Source of the DNA: an uncultured Thermoleophilia bacterium
GTDB lineage: Bacteria > Actinomycetota > Thermoleophilia > UBA2241
Assembly: GCA_963715985.1 (NCBI GenBank)
Contig: CAVQSP010000009.1
Location: 106,749-170,748, forward strand
Direction: 5' to 3'
DNA length: 64,000 nucleotides
The notes beneath the pieces are model-generated. The model saw only the letters and a program-made list of their open reading frames with translations, made no database searches and was not told the DNA's origin. Below are positions 11,341-22,951 of this stretch, piece by piece (the stretch's first letter is position 1; each line of letters opens with the position of its first letter). A program made the position numbers and the translations under genes.

Positions 11341-12218
11341 GCGCCGGCCGCCCCGTCCGCTTCGAGACAGCCGGCGAGGAACGTGCGCAGCGCGCCCTCG
11401 AAGAGCTCCGGCTCGTCCTCGGGGACGTCGTGCGAGCTGCGCTCCCCGACGACCCTGGTCACCGTGGCGTTGACGAGCCCCGCCTCCATCTCGTCGGAGC
11501 ACACCGGCGGCGTGATGGGGTCGTGGACGCCGTTCAGGATCAGCGTGGGGCAGGTGATGCGGGCGAGGCTTGGGCGCAGGTCCATCCTCCAGGCCTCGTC
11601 CGAGAAGAAGTGGCGCGTCACCTCCGGGCGGATGACGGGGCGCGTCTCGCCGTAGCTGAGGTGCTCCGGGTCGCGCTTCACCGTGTAGAACGGGAAGCAG
11701 ACGCGCATGAACTCCTCTTCGGCCGCCGGGTCCAGCTCGACGAGGAAGCGGCGCGCGATGGCTCTCGCCTCCGCGCCGCCCAGCCGCTCGAACGCCGGGC
11801 CGAACTGCTCCTCGGAGATCTGCGCCGCCGTGGAGAGCAGCAGGAGCCCGGCGATCTCGTCCGGGTAGCGCGCCGCGTAGGACTGCGCGACCATGCCGCC
11901 GAAGCTCCAGCCCAGGACGAACGGGCGCTCGATGCCGAGCGCCGCGCAGAAGGCGTGCACGTCGTCGCCCCAGCGCTCGAGGTTCCACAAGGCCGGGTCG
12001 CCGTCGTCGCTGCGCCCGTTGCCGCGGTGGTCGTACATGACCACCTGGACCACGTCGCAGAGGGGGTCGAGCACGCCCTTGAAGTCCGTGTGGTCGAAGC
12101 CGGGGCCGCCGTGCAGCGCGAGGAGCACCGGCCTCTCGCGCATCACCGGGCCCTCAGGGACCAGCCCTGCGTTGAGCACGTCGAACCACAGGCGCACGTC
12201 GCCGATCGAGACTTTCAC
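11337..12218 (-). CDS. Alpha/beta hydrolase (proline iminopeptidase-like)
   Basis: LHGGPGFDH, YDHRGNGRS, GWSFGG; GAGAGGAG RBS and GTG start. Confidence 0.85.
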   Translation of the reverse strand: MKVSIGDVRLWFDVLNAGLVPEGPVMRERPVLLALHGGPGFDHTDFKGVLDPLCDVVQVVMYDHRGNGRSDDGDPALWNLERWGDDVHAFCAALGIERPFVLGWSFGGMVAQSYAARYPDEIAGLLLLSTAAQISEEQFGPAFERLGGAEARAIARRFLVELDPAAEEEFMRVCFPFYTVKRDPEHLSYGETRPVIRPEVTRHFFSDEAWRMDLRPSLARITCPTLILNGVHDPITPPVCSDEMEAGLVNATVTRVVGERSSHDVPEDEPELFEGALRTFLAGCLEADGAAGA

Positions 12219-12367
12219 GGTAGCGTCTCCTCTCGTGGGGTCGTCGCCCCCGCGGAGGCGGACCGCAGCTGACAGGCCACCAGCACGCCCGGCTCGCCGG
12301 CCAGGGTTCGCACGGGCTCCTCCTCGCGGTGACAACGGCTGGACCTGCTCGATCCTGATTCTCTCAC
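12215..12367 (-). pseudogene. Internally deleted remnant of an OppF/DppF ABC ATPase C-terminus (50-codon ORF)
   Basis: Reads ...HREEEPVRTLAGEPGVLVACQLRS..., versus HREEERVRTLPGEP[...]TLVACHLRS in the ATPase at 20008-21063; its TGA overlaps the next GTG. Confidence 0.75.
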
Positions 12368-12391
12368 CGCCGCCCACCTGCCCGCAGTCGG

Positions 12392-12462
12392 TTACGTACT
12401 GAAATTACGCACTATATGATAGTCTTGCGCAAATCGGGAGTCGGTGTCAATGAGACTCCCGA
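12392..12462. promoter_or_regulatory. Promoter/operator homologous to 25729-25787 (TTACGTA repeats plus minus-strand TTGACA)
   Basis: ttacgtactgaaattacgcactatatgatagtcttgcgc matches ttacgtattgtaattacgtagagtgtgatatttttgcgc; tgtcaa lies at the same 53-nt offset in both. Also a 9-bp inverted repeat at 12434-12462. Confidence 0.75.
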
Positions 12463-12557
12463 GGGTGCGGACGACGGCGTCTCTTCTGGATGCGTGCCAT
12501 ATGCTACGTGACTGCGCTGTCGGCGCGTCGAACGCGGGCGATTCATGGAGGCGAGGG

Positions 12558-14816
12558 TTGAGGGATGTCAGCAGAGGGCGGACGCTGGCGGACTCGGCAC
12601 CTGTCTTCACCCAGCGGCGCCGGCCGCGGGCGGGTGCTCCCAACGTCGTGATGATCCTGCTCGACGATCTGGGGTTCGCGCAGTTCGGCTGCTACGGCTC
12701 CGGCCTCATCACACCGCACGTGGACGCCCTTGCGGAGCAAGGCCTGCGCTACAACAACTTCCACGTCACCGCGATCTGCTCCGCGACGCGAGCGTGCCTG
12801 TTGACCGGCCGCAACCACCATGCAGTCGGCATGGGCTTCTTCCCCGACCAGCCCATGGGCTTTCCCGGCTACAGCGGCCGGATCCCCAAGAGCGCGGGAA
12901 CCTTGCCGCGGCTGCTGCGCGATGATGGCTACAGCACGTTCGCGGTGGGCAAGTGGCATCTCACGCCGCGTTTCGAGTGGACGGCGAGCGGCCCGTTCGA
13001 CCGCTGGCCGCTGGGCATGGGTTTCGAGCGCTACTACGGCTTTCTCAGCGGGTGGACGAATCAGTGGAGCCCCGACCTGGCGTGTGACAACGGCCTGATC
13101 GAGCCACCCGCGTCGCCCGAGGACGGCTATCACCTGACGGAGGACCTCGCGACGCAGGCGATCCGCTTCGTGCAGGACCAGCAGCAGGCCGCGCCGGACA
13201 AGCCGTTCTTCGTCTACTTCGCCCCCGGCGCCATGCATGACCCGCACCAGGTACCTGCGTCATGGGTGGAGCCGTACCGCGGGCGTTTCGACGAGGGTTG
13301 GGAGGTACTGCGGCACCAGACGTTCCTCCGGCAGCAGGAGCTCGGTGTGGTGCCACCCGACACGACGCTCCCGGAGCGGCCCTCCTGGGTCGCGGCCTGG
13401 GACGACCTCTCCCCCGACGAACGCCGCGTGTTCGCGCGGCAGATGGAGGTGTACGCCGGCTTCCTCACCCACACGGACGCCCAGATCGGGCGCCTGGTGG
13501 ACTTCCTTGCCCGCATCGAGGTCCTGGACGACACCATCGTCATGGTCCTGTCGGACAACGGGGCGAGCGCTGAAGGCGGACCACAGGGATTCCTCGAGCC
13601 GGCTGCGCCCGACGTCGCTGCCATGCTGAGCCGCATCGACGACTTCGGTGGGCACCGGGCCTTCAACCACTACGCGTGGGGCTGGGCGTGGGCCGGCAAC
13701 ACGCCGTTCAAGCTGTGGAAGCGCTACTCGTGGCTCGGCGGCGTGCGGGTGCCGCTGATCGTCCGGTGGCCCGCCGGGATCTCCGCCGAGAGCAGCGGCG
13801 AGGTGCGCGGCCAGTTCTGCCACGCCATCGACCTGATGCCCACGATCCTCGCCGCCGCCGGGGTCGCTGTGCCCGAGGCGCTCGACGGCGTCTCCCAGCA
13901 GCCCGTCGACGGGGCGAGCATGCTCCCGACGTTCGGCGACGCCGGCAGTCCCAGTCCCCGAGGCACGCAGTACTTCGAGACCCTGGGCTCGCGCGCCATC
14001 TACCAGGATGGCTGGAAGGCCACCACGGATCATGTCGACAGCACGAGGCCGGCCGAGCGCGAGCTCATCGACGGCAGCTACGACTTCGACACCGATTCCT
14101 GGTCGCTGTTCCGCGTGGAGGAGGACTTCGCCGAGGCGCACGACCTCACGGAGGCACAGCCGGAACGCCTGCGCCAGATGATCGAGCTCTGGTGGCAGGA
14201 GGCTGACCGCAACCAGGTGCTGCCCTTGTGCGAGGGCATCCTCACCGAGCAGCGCGCCGCAAGCTTCGAGCCGCCGCCCTACCCGGACCGGCAGGACTAC
14301 GTGTACCGGCCCGGCGGCGGCGCCGTCATCACGCCCTCGTTCCTCGCCGGCTTTCGCCTCGTCGCCGACATCGAAGTGCCGGACGGGATCTCCGCGTCCG
14401 GGGTCATCTGCGCTCACCACATCTACTCGTTCGGGGCCACAGTCCCCGGTGGCTGGGCCTGCTACGTCCTGGACGGGCGTCTGGTCGTCGCGTTCGACGC
14501 CGTGGGACTGACGACGCAGGTCACTGTGGACGATCTCAGCCTGGCCGGCAGGCACGAGGTAGGCATCGCCTACCTCCCCGACCCCGACGCCGATGGCCGG
14601 CTTCTCGTCACCCTGGACGGCCGGCAGTCGGCGACCCGCCGTGTCCCGGCCGGCCCCGGACGGGCAGTCCTGCGGTATCTCGAGGGCAAGCTCCTGATCG
14701 GCCGCGACGTGGGCTTCCCGCTCTGCGCCGACTACCGGCCGCCGTTTCCGTTCACCGGGCGCATCCACAGCGTCCGCTTCGCCGTTCCCGCCTCCACCGC
14801 CGAGAGACCCGCGTGA
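12558..14816 (+). CDS. Arylsulfatase (type I, Cys-type)
   Basis: PNVVMILLDDLG, CSATRACLLTGRNHH, VGKWHL, SDNGAS, GGVRVPLIVRWP; probable TTG start after GGAGG. Confidence 0.9.
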   Translation: MRDVSRGRTLADSAPVFTQRRRPRAGAPNVVMILLDDLGFAQFGCYGSGLITPHVDALAEQGLRYNNFHVTAICSATRACLLTGRNHHAVGMGFFPDQPMGFPGYSGRIPKSAGTLPRLLRDDGYSTFAVGKWHLTPRFEWTASGPFDRWPLGMGFERYYGFLSGWTNQWSPDLACDNGLIEPPASPEDGYHLTEDLATQAIRFVQDQQQAAPDKPFFVYFAPGAMHDPHQVPASWVEPYRGRFDEGWEVLRHQTFLRQQELGVVPPDTTLPERPSWVAAWDDLSPDERRVFARQMEVYAGFLTHTDAQIGRLVDFLARIEVLDDTIVMVLSDNGASAEGGPQGFLEPAAPDVAAMLSRIDDFGGHRAFNHYAWGWAWAGNTPFKLWKRYSWLGGVRVPLIVRWPAGISAESSGEVRGQFCHAIDLMPTILAAAGVAVPEALDGVSQQPVDGASMLPTFGDAGSPSPRGTQYFETLGSRAIYQDGWKATTDHVDSTRPAERELIDGSYDFDTDSWSLFRVEEDFAEAHDLTEAQPERLRQMIELWWQEADRNQVLPLCEGILTEQRAASFEPPPYPDRQDYVYRPGGGAVITPSFLAGFRLVADIEVPDGISASGVICAHHIYSFGATVPGGWACYVLDGRLVVAFDAVGLTTQVTVDDLSLAGRHEVGIAYLPDPDADGRLLVTLDGRQSATRRVPAGPGRAVLRYLEGKLLIGRDVGFPLCADYRPPFPFTGRIHSVRFAVPASTAERPA

Positions 14817-14874
14817 AGACCCCCAGGGTGTGCCGCGCCACGATTGAGGCGGACCGGCAGGCGTCCGTACTCCG

Positions 14875-16308
14875 CTATCGCTCCAGAAGGCGCGCCAGCT
14901 TCGTGTCGACGTCGGGGGGGAGCGGCATCGGCCGATGATCCTCGAGGAGCTGCCGGACCTTGGCGTTCACCCGATCGCGCATCGTGAGGGACCCGCCCTT
15001 CGCCCAGCTGCCGTGGTTCTGCCGATCCTCCAGCTCGGGCGACCAAGCCGAGCGGCAGTGTGTCGACGTGTGCTTGTGGCTCAGGAACGTCCCGCCGGGT
15101 CCGACGTCGTGCGTCACGCCGACGGCAAGCGATTCCTCGTCCACGCGGATGCCGCCGAGCAGGTGGGCGCACTTGCCGATCATCTCGTTCGTGAACACCA
15201 GCTGCTCGAACGAGGACGTCATGCCGCCCTCGATGAAGCCCACGTCGTGCGCCAGGTTGGAGCCCGAGAGCGCCGCCATCATCACCCAGGTCGCCGCGTC
15301 GGCGGCCGCCTGCTCATCGAAGCACTTGGCGTCCGTGCAGCCGGCGTAGCCCCAGGCCGGCAGATCGTAGTACTCCGCCAGCTCCGAGATCGCAGCCATG
15401 GTCAGCATGAACTCCGGTGATCCGTAGCTCGAGATAGACGTGCGCATGTCCAGCGTCAGGATGCCGCCGCCCGAGACGACCGGCGTGCCCTTCCTCTTCA
15501 ACTGGGCGATCAGTATCCCGGCCAGGGACTCGGCGTTGGCGAGCGCCAGGCCGCCCGCCGGCGTGACCGGCCCCGTGCCTCCGCTGAGCATCCCGGACAT
15601 GAAGATGCACGGGATGCCGTGCTCCGCGCAGAACAGCAACTTCTGCATGTCGTCGGGAGCGAAGCCGAGGGGCGACACAGGCTCGATGTACATGATCGCG
15701 AAGGGCCGCTGCCGGAAGGCGTCCTCTCCGCCGGCGACGGCGCCCGCCATCTCGAGCAGCCTGCCCGCGGCCGCCACATCCAGTGCCGTGTAGACGAGGG
15801 GTTTGGTGGAGTTGCGCATCATCGCCGCGAAGTGGTGCAGTTCGGCAGTCTCGGCCGCCACGTCTGAGGCGATGCCCATGCACATGAGGAAGTCGATGTT
15901 CGGCAGGGCGTCACCGACGCGGGCAAAACCGGCGACGTCGGCCAGCAGCGGTCGACGGCGCTCGCCCGTGTACGGATCGATCACGTTGGGTGTGTCGGAA
16001 CCGGTGCCGAAGTAGGTGCGGCGCCGGCCCACGTGCATGGCCTCCGCACCGTTGCGGTCGTAGATCGTGATGCTGCTCGGACTGGACCTCACAGCCCAGT
16101 CGATGAGATGCGCCGGGATCCGGACGAGCCCACCGGCACCCACGTGCGCGCCGGCGTCTGCCAGCAGGGCGGTGGCTTCGTCGCTGTAGACACGTACTCC
16201 GGTCTGCCGGAGTATGCGCATGCTGGCGTCATGGATATCGTCCAGCTGACTGCGCGAGAGGATGCGGAAGCCCACGGTTTCCAGGGGCGCTGATCCGGTG
16301 GTGATCAT
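14875..16308 (-). CDS. MttB-family methyltransferase, non-Pyl (Cys at the Pyl position)
   Basis: FGTGSD, EPVSPL, GGTGPVTPAG, WGYAGCTDAKCFDEQA, HDVGFIEGG, VGPGGTFL. Confidence 0.9.
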   Translation of the reverse strand: MITTGSAPLETVGFRILSRSQLDDIHDASMRILRQTGVRVYSDEATALLADAGAHVGAGGLVRIPAHLIDWAVRSSPSSITIYDRNGAEAMHVGRRRTYFGTGSDTPNVIDPYTGERRRPLLADVAGFARVGDALPNIDFLMCMGIASDVAAETAELHHFAAMMRNSTKPLVYTALDVAAAGRLLEMAGAVAGGEDAFRQRPFAIMYIEPVSPLGFAPDDMQKLLFCAEHGIPCIFMSGMLSGGTGPVTPAGGLALANAESLAGILIAQLKRKGTPVVSGGGILTLDMRTSISSYGSPEFMLTMAAISELAEYYDLPAWGYAGCTDAKCFDEQAAADAATWVMMAALSGSNLAHDVGFIEGGMTSSFEQLVFTNEMIGKCAHLLGGIRVDEESLAVGVTHDVGPGGTFLSHKHTSTHCRSAWSPELEDRQNHGSWAKGGSLTMRDRVNAKVRQLLEDHRPMPLPPDVDTKLARLLER

Positions 16309-17816
16309 GGTGAGTCCCTCCGAGACGTCGGCGGTGCAGGTACACGAGTGGAATCCAGCAGCGTCAGCAGGTCCGGCGCGTCGTCGATGCCCATCTGGCG
16401 AGCGGTCTCCGCGACCACCTCGCCGGCCTGGGCGAGCAAGCCCCGCTCGAGCCCCACCGGCTCCTGAGCCAGCGCCTCTGCGACCTTGCGGCGCGCGCGC
16501 TCCAGCATGCTCTCTCCCGCGCTCCAGCTCTCTTGCGTGCCGCGGAACGAGAGCCTGCTCTGCACCTTCTCGGTGCGAAGGTACTCGCGCGTCTGGCGGA
16601 GCCCCAGGAACCCGGCTCCGGAGAGCGCTCCGCGCTGCATCTCGGCGACGTCGAGCACAGTCTCGTCCGCCGGCCGCTCCTCGAGCGACCAGCGGATCCA
16701 GCGCGAGATCTCGTCGTCGATGACGAGCATCTCCAGCGAGCCTCCCACCGCCGCCTGCATGAGGCCCATGCCCGAGACGAAATCCGGGCGCGCGATCGAG
16801 GCCAGCAGCGCGCCGATGGCCCGCTCGAACCCACACTGCACGTCGATCACCCTGCTGTCGCTGGACAGTCCGTACACATCGCAGCGCATGCCGTACCGAT
16901 GGGCGAGGATCGTTGCCGCCTGGGCTGTGGAACCGATCTCGGGCCCGCCCATGAGGGCCTGGCCGGTACGAGAGTCGCAGGGCATGAGCCTGGAGCCGTA
17001 GGTGACGGGGGTCCCCGGCCTTGCCGCCTGGGCGACGACAAGGCCGCACAGCGCTTCCGCGGTCTGCTGTGCGAGCGCGGCCGCGAGGGGCGCCGGGGCG
17101 GTCGTACCGGCGAGAGGGCACGGCAGCACGGTGCAGGCGGCGCCGAGCCGGGCGGCCTCGACGAGCGCCTCCGCCGGTCCGGCGCCGAAGCTGAGCGGCG
17201 ACAGCGGGGAGAACGCCAGGCTGATGGCGTAGCGATCCTGAGCGACGTCGCCGCCCACTGCGTCCTGAGCAAGCCGGCAGAGGCCTCGGACCTGGGCGAC
17301 AGACCACAGCCCCGGCCCACTGATGCACTTGTCGGTCTGCGCCAGGCAGGCGACGTAGCTGACGAGCGGCTCGAGGTCGCCCGGAAGCCCGCTGGGTCCG
17401 AAGAGCGGCAGCACCAGGTCGGGGTGCTCGCAGTGGTGCTGCACGCGCACCGCCGCGGACACGTCGGCGAGCGTTGCGGGACGCTGCTCGCCGGTATCGG
17501 GATCGACGACTGACGGCGCTCCCGCGAGCGGATGCGTGCGCGGCGCCGTGCCGCCCTCACCCACGACCAGCGAGCGGGCGTCGTCCCGCGCGACGAGCGT
17601 GAAGGTCCGAGGGGCGGCCGCCGACGCCTTCTCCACGACCTCCCAGGGGATCGTGACGCGCCCGCCGTCGGACTCGGTGCACCCATACTCGACCATGAGG
17701 TCTCGCACGGCCTCCGACTGGACGGCCATCCCCACCGTGCTCAGGAGATCTCGAGTCGCGCGCTCTATCGCGTCGATCGCCGATCCCGGCCAGAGACTCA
17801 CTTCACGCCTGTCCAC
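16305..17816 (-). CDS. MttB-family methyltransferase, non-Pyl (Ser at the Pyl position)
   Basis: APRTFTLVARD, SPLSPLSF, AGTTAPAPLAAALAQ, GLSSDSRVIDVQCGFE; AAGGAG RBS and GTG start. Confidence 0.88.
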   Translation of the reverse strand: MDRREVSLWPGSAIDAIERATRDLLSTVGMAVQSEAVRDLMVEYGCTESDGGRVTIPWEVVEKASAAAPRTFTLVARDDARSLVVGEGGTAPRTHPLAGAPSVVDPDTGEQRPATLADVSAAVRVQHHCEHPDLVLPLFGPSGLPGDLEPLVSYVACLAQTDKCISGPGLWSVAQVRGLCRLAQDAVGGDVAQDRYAISLAFSPLSPLSFGAGPAEALVEAARLGAACTVLPCPLAGTTAPAPLAAALAQQTAEALCGLVVAQAARPGTPVTYGSRLMPCDSRTGQALMGGPEIGSTAQAATILAHRYGMRCDVYGLSSDSRVIDVQCGFERAIGALLASIARPDFVSGMGLMQAAVGGSLEMLVIDDEISRWIRWSLEERPADETVLDVAEMQRGALSGAGFLGLRQTREYLRTEKVQSRLSFRGTQESWSAGESMLERARRKVAEALAQEPVGLERGLLAQAGEVVAETARQMGIDDAPDLLTLLDSTRVPAPPTSRRDSP

Positions 17817-17913
17817 TGCTGCTCCTTGTCGAGCATCGAAGGGCTGACGGCGCGGGCTGCGGAGCGATGTCGCGACTCTCGCAGGCGCGTCAGGTCGCTC
17901 CCGGGCGCGCCGG

Positions 17914-20011
17914 CTATGACCGCACGTCTTGGTCACTCGGCCCGGGCAGCGGCAGCCCGAGCTCGCGCATGAGAAAGCCGAGCCACTCGGCCACCTGGTC
18001 CGGGTCGGTGCCGACGCTGAGGTGGCCGCCGTCGGGCCGGGCGCGCAGGAGGACGGGGTGTGCGGAGCGATTGGCGGCAAGCAGGCGGGCCGCGAACTTG
18101 CGCGCGTGCCACGGGGCGCAGCGGACATCGTTCGCCCCGGTCCAGACCAGGGTGGGCGGGTACGACGCGTCTTGGGCATTCTGGTAGGGCGAGTACGCCG
18201 CCAGCACCGCTGCATCCGCAGCCGACGTCGGGTCGCCATACTCGACGACCACCCCCCAGTACGTGTAGGGAGGGCGCTCGCAGCGGAGGAGGTCGGTCAC
18301 CGGCACCTGGACACACACGGCACCCCAGAGCTCCGGGCGCTGGGTCAGCGCGACGGCGGCCAGGATGCCGCCGCTCGACTCCCCCACGAAGCCGAGCCGG
18401 GCGGACGTCGTCACGCCCTCGGCGAGCAGCGCCTCGGCGATCACGTAGAGGTCGTCGAACGTGCCCTGCTTGCTCGCGAGCCGGCCTTCGAGCCATTGGC
18501 GCTCACCGTACTCGCCGCCGCCTCGCAGATGCGCGATCACGACGATCCCGCCGGCGAGCACAAAGGGGGCCAGCTTGCCCAGATACGCAGGCACGAAGGC
18601 GACGTTGGAGGCGCCATAGCCGAAGATGAGCGTGGGCCGTGGCAGCGAGCGCGCGGCGTCGCTGCTGCGAGATCAGCGTGTACGACGCTTCACGGCCGTT
18701 CGCGGCGACGGCCTTCCGGACCTCGCCGTACACACCGTCGAGGACGAACGCCGGCGGCTGGAGCAGCGTGAGCCGCCGCGACGGGACGTGGTAGAGGTAG
18801 GTGGCCGGGGAGCGTCCGGGAGAGGCGAACGTGAACGTGAACGACTCACCGCACGCGACCACGCTCCCCCCCTCGATGGGGGGGAAGATCTTGTAGTTGC
18901 CGCTGAAGGCGTGCTCGGCCACGACGCCGCGCTCGGGAAGCGGCACATCATCGACGAACGTCCCATCCCGGTCGAGGATGCGGACCCGCGCGGCGGCGCC
19001 CTGAAGGCTGCACACGACGTAGTACCCGGCGACGTCGTCGACGCTCACCAGGACCTCGTCGGACTCCGCCAACAGCTCGACCCAGGTGGACCTGTCGTGC
19101 GCGGACTCGAGCGGCAGGCGCACGAGACGTCCACGCGGGGCATCTTCGCTGACCACCGCGACGTAGTCGTCGCCGTCGACGAAGCCATAGGCCCGCTTGT
19201 CCATCCGATCCTCGAGGACCTCGAACCACTCACCGTCCGGCAGGCGGCGCGCGAGCACGATGCGTCCCCCGCTGCGGCAGCTGCTGAGCGTGAGCCACCG
19301 CCCATCCGCCGAGACCTGGGGATACCCGCCGAGCGGCTCCGGATTCGAGGCCTGCGCGATCCCCAGCGCCGCGATCGACTCGCGCCGCGGTTCCCCATCG
19401 CCGACCGCCAGGAACAGCAGGTCGCGTGGCTGGTTCATCACGTAAGGACCCGCGGGGAAGAAGAAGCCGCTCGAATCCGGAAGCCAGGCCACCCGGGTGT
19501 TCCAGCACTCGGGGACCGCGACGGGAAGCAACTCCTCGCGCTCCAGGTCAAGCAGGCGCAGGACGCACTGTTCGTCGCCGCCCCAGGAGACACCGACTGC
19601 GGCGTAGCGGCCGTCGGGCGAGGGGAAGAACCAGTCCAGAGTCGCCGGCCGGCCGGGCTCGGAGAACGCGTCGACGGGCAGGACCACGCGCCACGGGCCC
19701 GCCGGTCCTGCGGCCGACTCCAGCCGCTCTCCATCGTCGCCGTACGCGAACCGCAGCCAGCGGTCGCCGCAGCCGTGGGGGGCGCTCACGTACGTCGCGC
19801 CCAGGTGGTCGCCCAGCATCTGTCTCAGAGCATCGAAGCCCTCCACGTCGCGCAGGCGGGCCTCCGCGACGGCGTTGTGCGCCCTTTGCCAGGCAAGCGA
19901 CTCCGGGCTGTCGTCCTCCAGCCACACGTACGGGTCTTCGTAGTCGAGCCCTCCCGCGACGACACGGACAGGCCGCAGCTCCGCGAGCGGGGCCGCGAAC
20001 TCGCCGTTCAC
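17914..20011 (-). CDS. Prolyl oligopeptidase (S9A) copy 2 (frameshift ~18655)
   Basis: EDPYVWLE, SPDGRY, RGGGEYGERQW, GESSGG, NDVRC, GGH; close paralogue of 2824-4921. Confidence 0.88.
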
Positions 20012-21059
20012 CGCGAGCCCTTCGACAGCCCGGACGAGCGCAGATGACAGGCCACCAGGGTCGTGCCGCCTGAGGCTGCCGGCAGCAGCTGCGGCACCTC
20101 GACGCGGCAGCGCTCCTCGACGATCGGGCAGCGCGGATGGAAGCGGCAGCCGGGCGGCACGTGGGAGGCATCCGGCGGCTCACCCGGCAGGGTGCGCACG
20201 CGTTCCTCCTCGCGGTGCACGCGTGGTACCGCGTAGATCAGCGCCTGGGTGTAGGGGTGCTGCGGAGAGTCGATCACGGCGTGTGCGACGCCAAGCTCGA
20301 CGAGGTTGCCGTGGTACATGACCGCGACCCGGTCGGCGACGTGAGCCGCCGTGGCGAGGTCGTGGGTGATCATGAGGATGCCGAGGCGCTCCTCCCTGCG
20401 CAGGCGGTCGAGCAGCTCGAGGATGCCGGCGCGCACGGAGACGTCGAGCATGGAGACGGGCTCGTCGGCAACGAGCAGGCTGAGGGCAGCAGGACGAGGC
20501 TGCCGGCGATGGCGACGCGCTGGCGCTGACCGCCGGAGAGCTGGTGCGGGTAGCGCTCGCTGAAGCTCGCGACCGGGGTGAGGCCGACCTTGGTGAGGGC
20601 GTCGGAGACGAGCTCCTCCTCGGCCGCCTTGTCGCGCGCGAGGCCGTGGATGCGCAGCGCCTCGGCGACCAGCTCGCGGGTGCGCAGGCGCGGGTCGAGG
20701 GCTGCGTAGGGGTCCTGGTGGATGAGCTGGGCGCGGCGGCGCAGCGGGCGCAGCTGGCGCCGCGAGAGGGCGGTCACGTCGCGGCCCTCGAGGAGGACCG
20801 TCCCGGCCGTCGGGTCGAGGAGGCGCAGGGCGGCGAGCGCCAGCGTCGTCTTGCCCGAGCCCGACTCGCCGACGAGGGCGAGGAGCTCGCCGGCGTCGAG
20901 GTGCAGGGAGACGCCGTCGACGGCGCGGGCGACGCTGCCGCCGCGCCCGCCGAGGCGGTCGCCGAGCGAGCGCTTGAGGGCGAAGTGCACGGCGAGGTCG
21001 CGGACCTCGAGAAGATGGGCGGCGGCGGAGCGGCCACGGGCTCTGAGGGGCGGCGGCGC

Positions 21060-21063
<4 letters not shown>
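20008..21063 (-). CDS. Oligopeptide/dipeptide ABC ATPase (OppF/DppF), frameshifts ~21020 and ~20485
   Basis: GESGSGKT, LSGGQRQR, ADEPVSMLD, HPYT, GCRFHPRC. Confidence 0.88.
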
Positions 21064-22063
<1,000 letters not shown>

Positions 22064-22067
<4 letters not shown>

Positions 22068-22951
22068 GCCTCGTCCTCCGCCGTCGCCCGCCGCAGGCGG
22101 AACGAACGCGGCGAGACGTGGGCGTGCCCGAGGCGCGGGTTCATGGCCTCTTCGACGCCCTGGCCGATGAGGAAGGAGCCGAGCACGACGAGGGCGATGC
22201 AGACGCCAGGCGGCACGATGGCCCACCAGGCGCCGGAGGAGACCGCCGAGTGCAGGAAGGCGTTCTGGATGATCGTGCCCCAGGAGACGCGCGACGGGTC
22301 GCCGAGACCGATGAAGGCCAGCGCGGCCTCGAAGAAGACGGCGCTGGCCACCGTGAGCACGGTCTGCGCGACGAGCAGCGGCGCCACGTGCGGCAGGATG
22401 TGGCGGCGGATGATGTAGAGGTCACCGGCGCCCAGCGAGCGCGCTCGGGAGACGAACCCGCGCTCCTTGAGCGTGTGCACCTGGGCGCGCACCACGTAGG
22501 TCACGCTCATCCAGCTGAGGAGCCCGATGACGAGGACGATGTGGTAGATGGTCTGCCCGAACAGCGCGGCCAGCACGATCATGAGGGGCAGGGCGGGGAT
22601 CACGAGGAAGAAGTCGGTGACCCCGGTGACGGTGGTCTCGCCCCAGCTTCCCTTGTAGCCGGCGATGATGCCGAGGACGCCGCCGATGAGGACGGCCACG
22701 AAGGCCGCGGCGAAGCCCACGAGCATCGAGTTCTGGGCGCCGGCGATGACCAGGGACAGCATGTCGACGCCGGCGTCGTCACAGCCCAGCCAGTGGGCGG
22801 CCGAGGGAGGCGCAAAGGCGGCGCCGCTGGGGCGGTCGATCGGGTAGGGCTCGAGCAGCGGGGCGAAGACGGCGACGAAGGTGAAGAGGGCGACGATGAC
22901 GACCCCGGCCAGTACCGTCTTGCGGGTGAGCACGCGGCGCAGGCTCTTCAT
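22064..22951 (-). CDS. Peptide ABC permease (OppC/DppC)
   Basis: PPSAAHWLGCD, RHILPHV, EAALAFIGLG; multiple TM helices. Confidence 0.92.
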
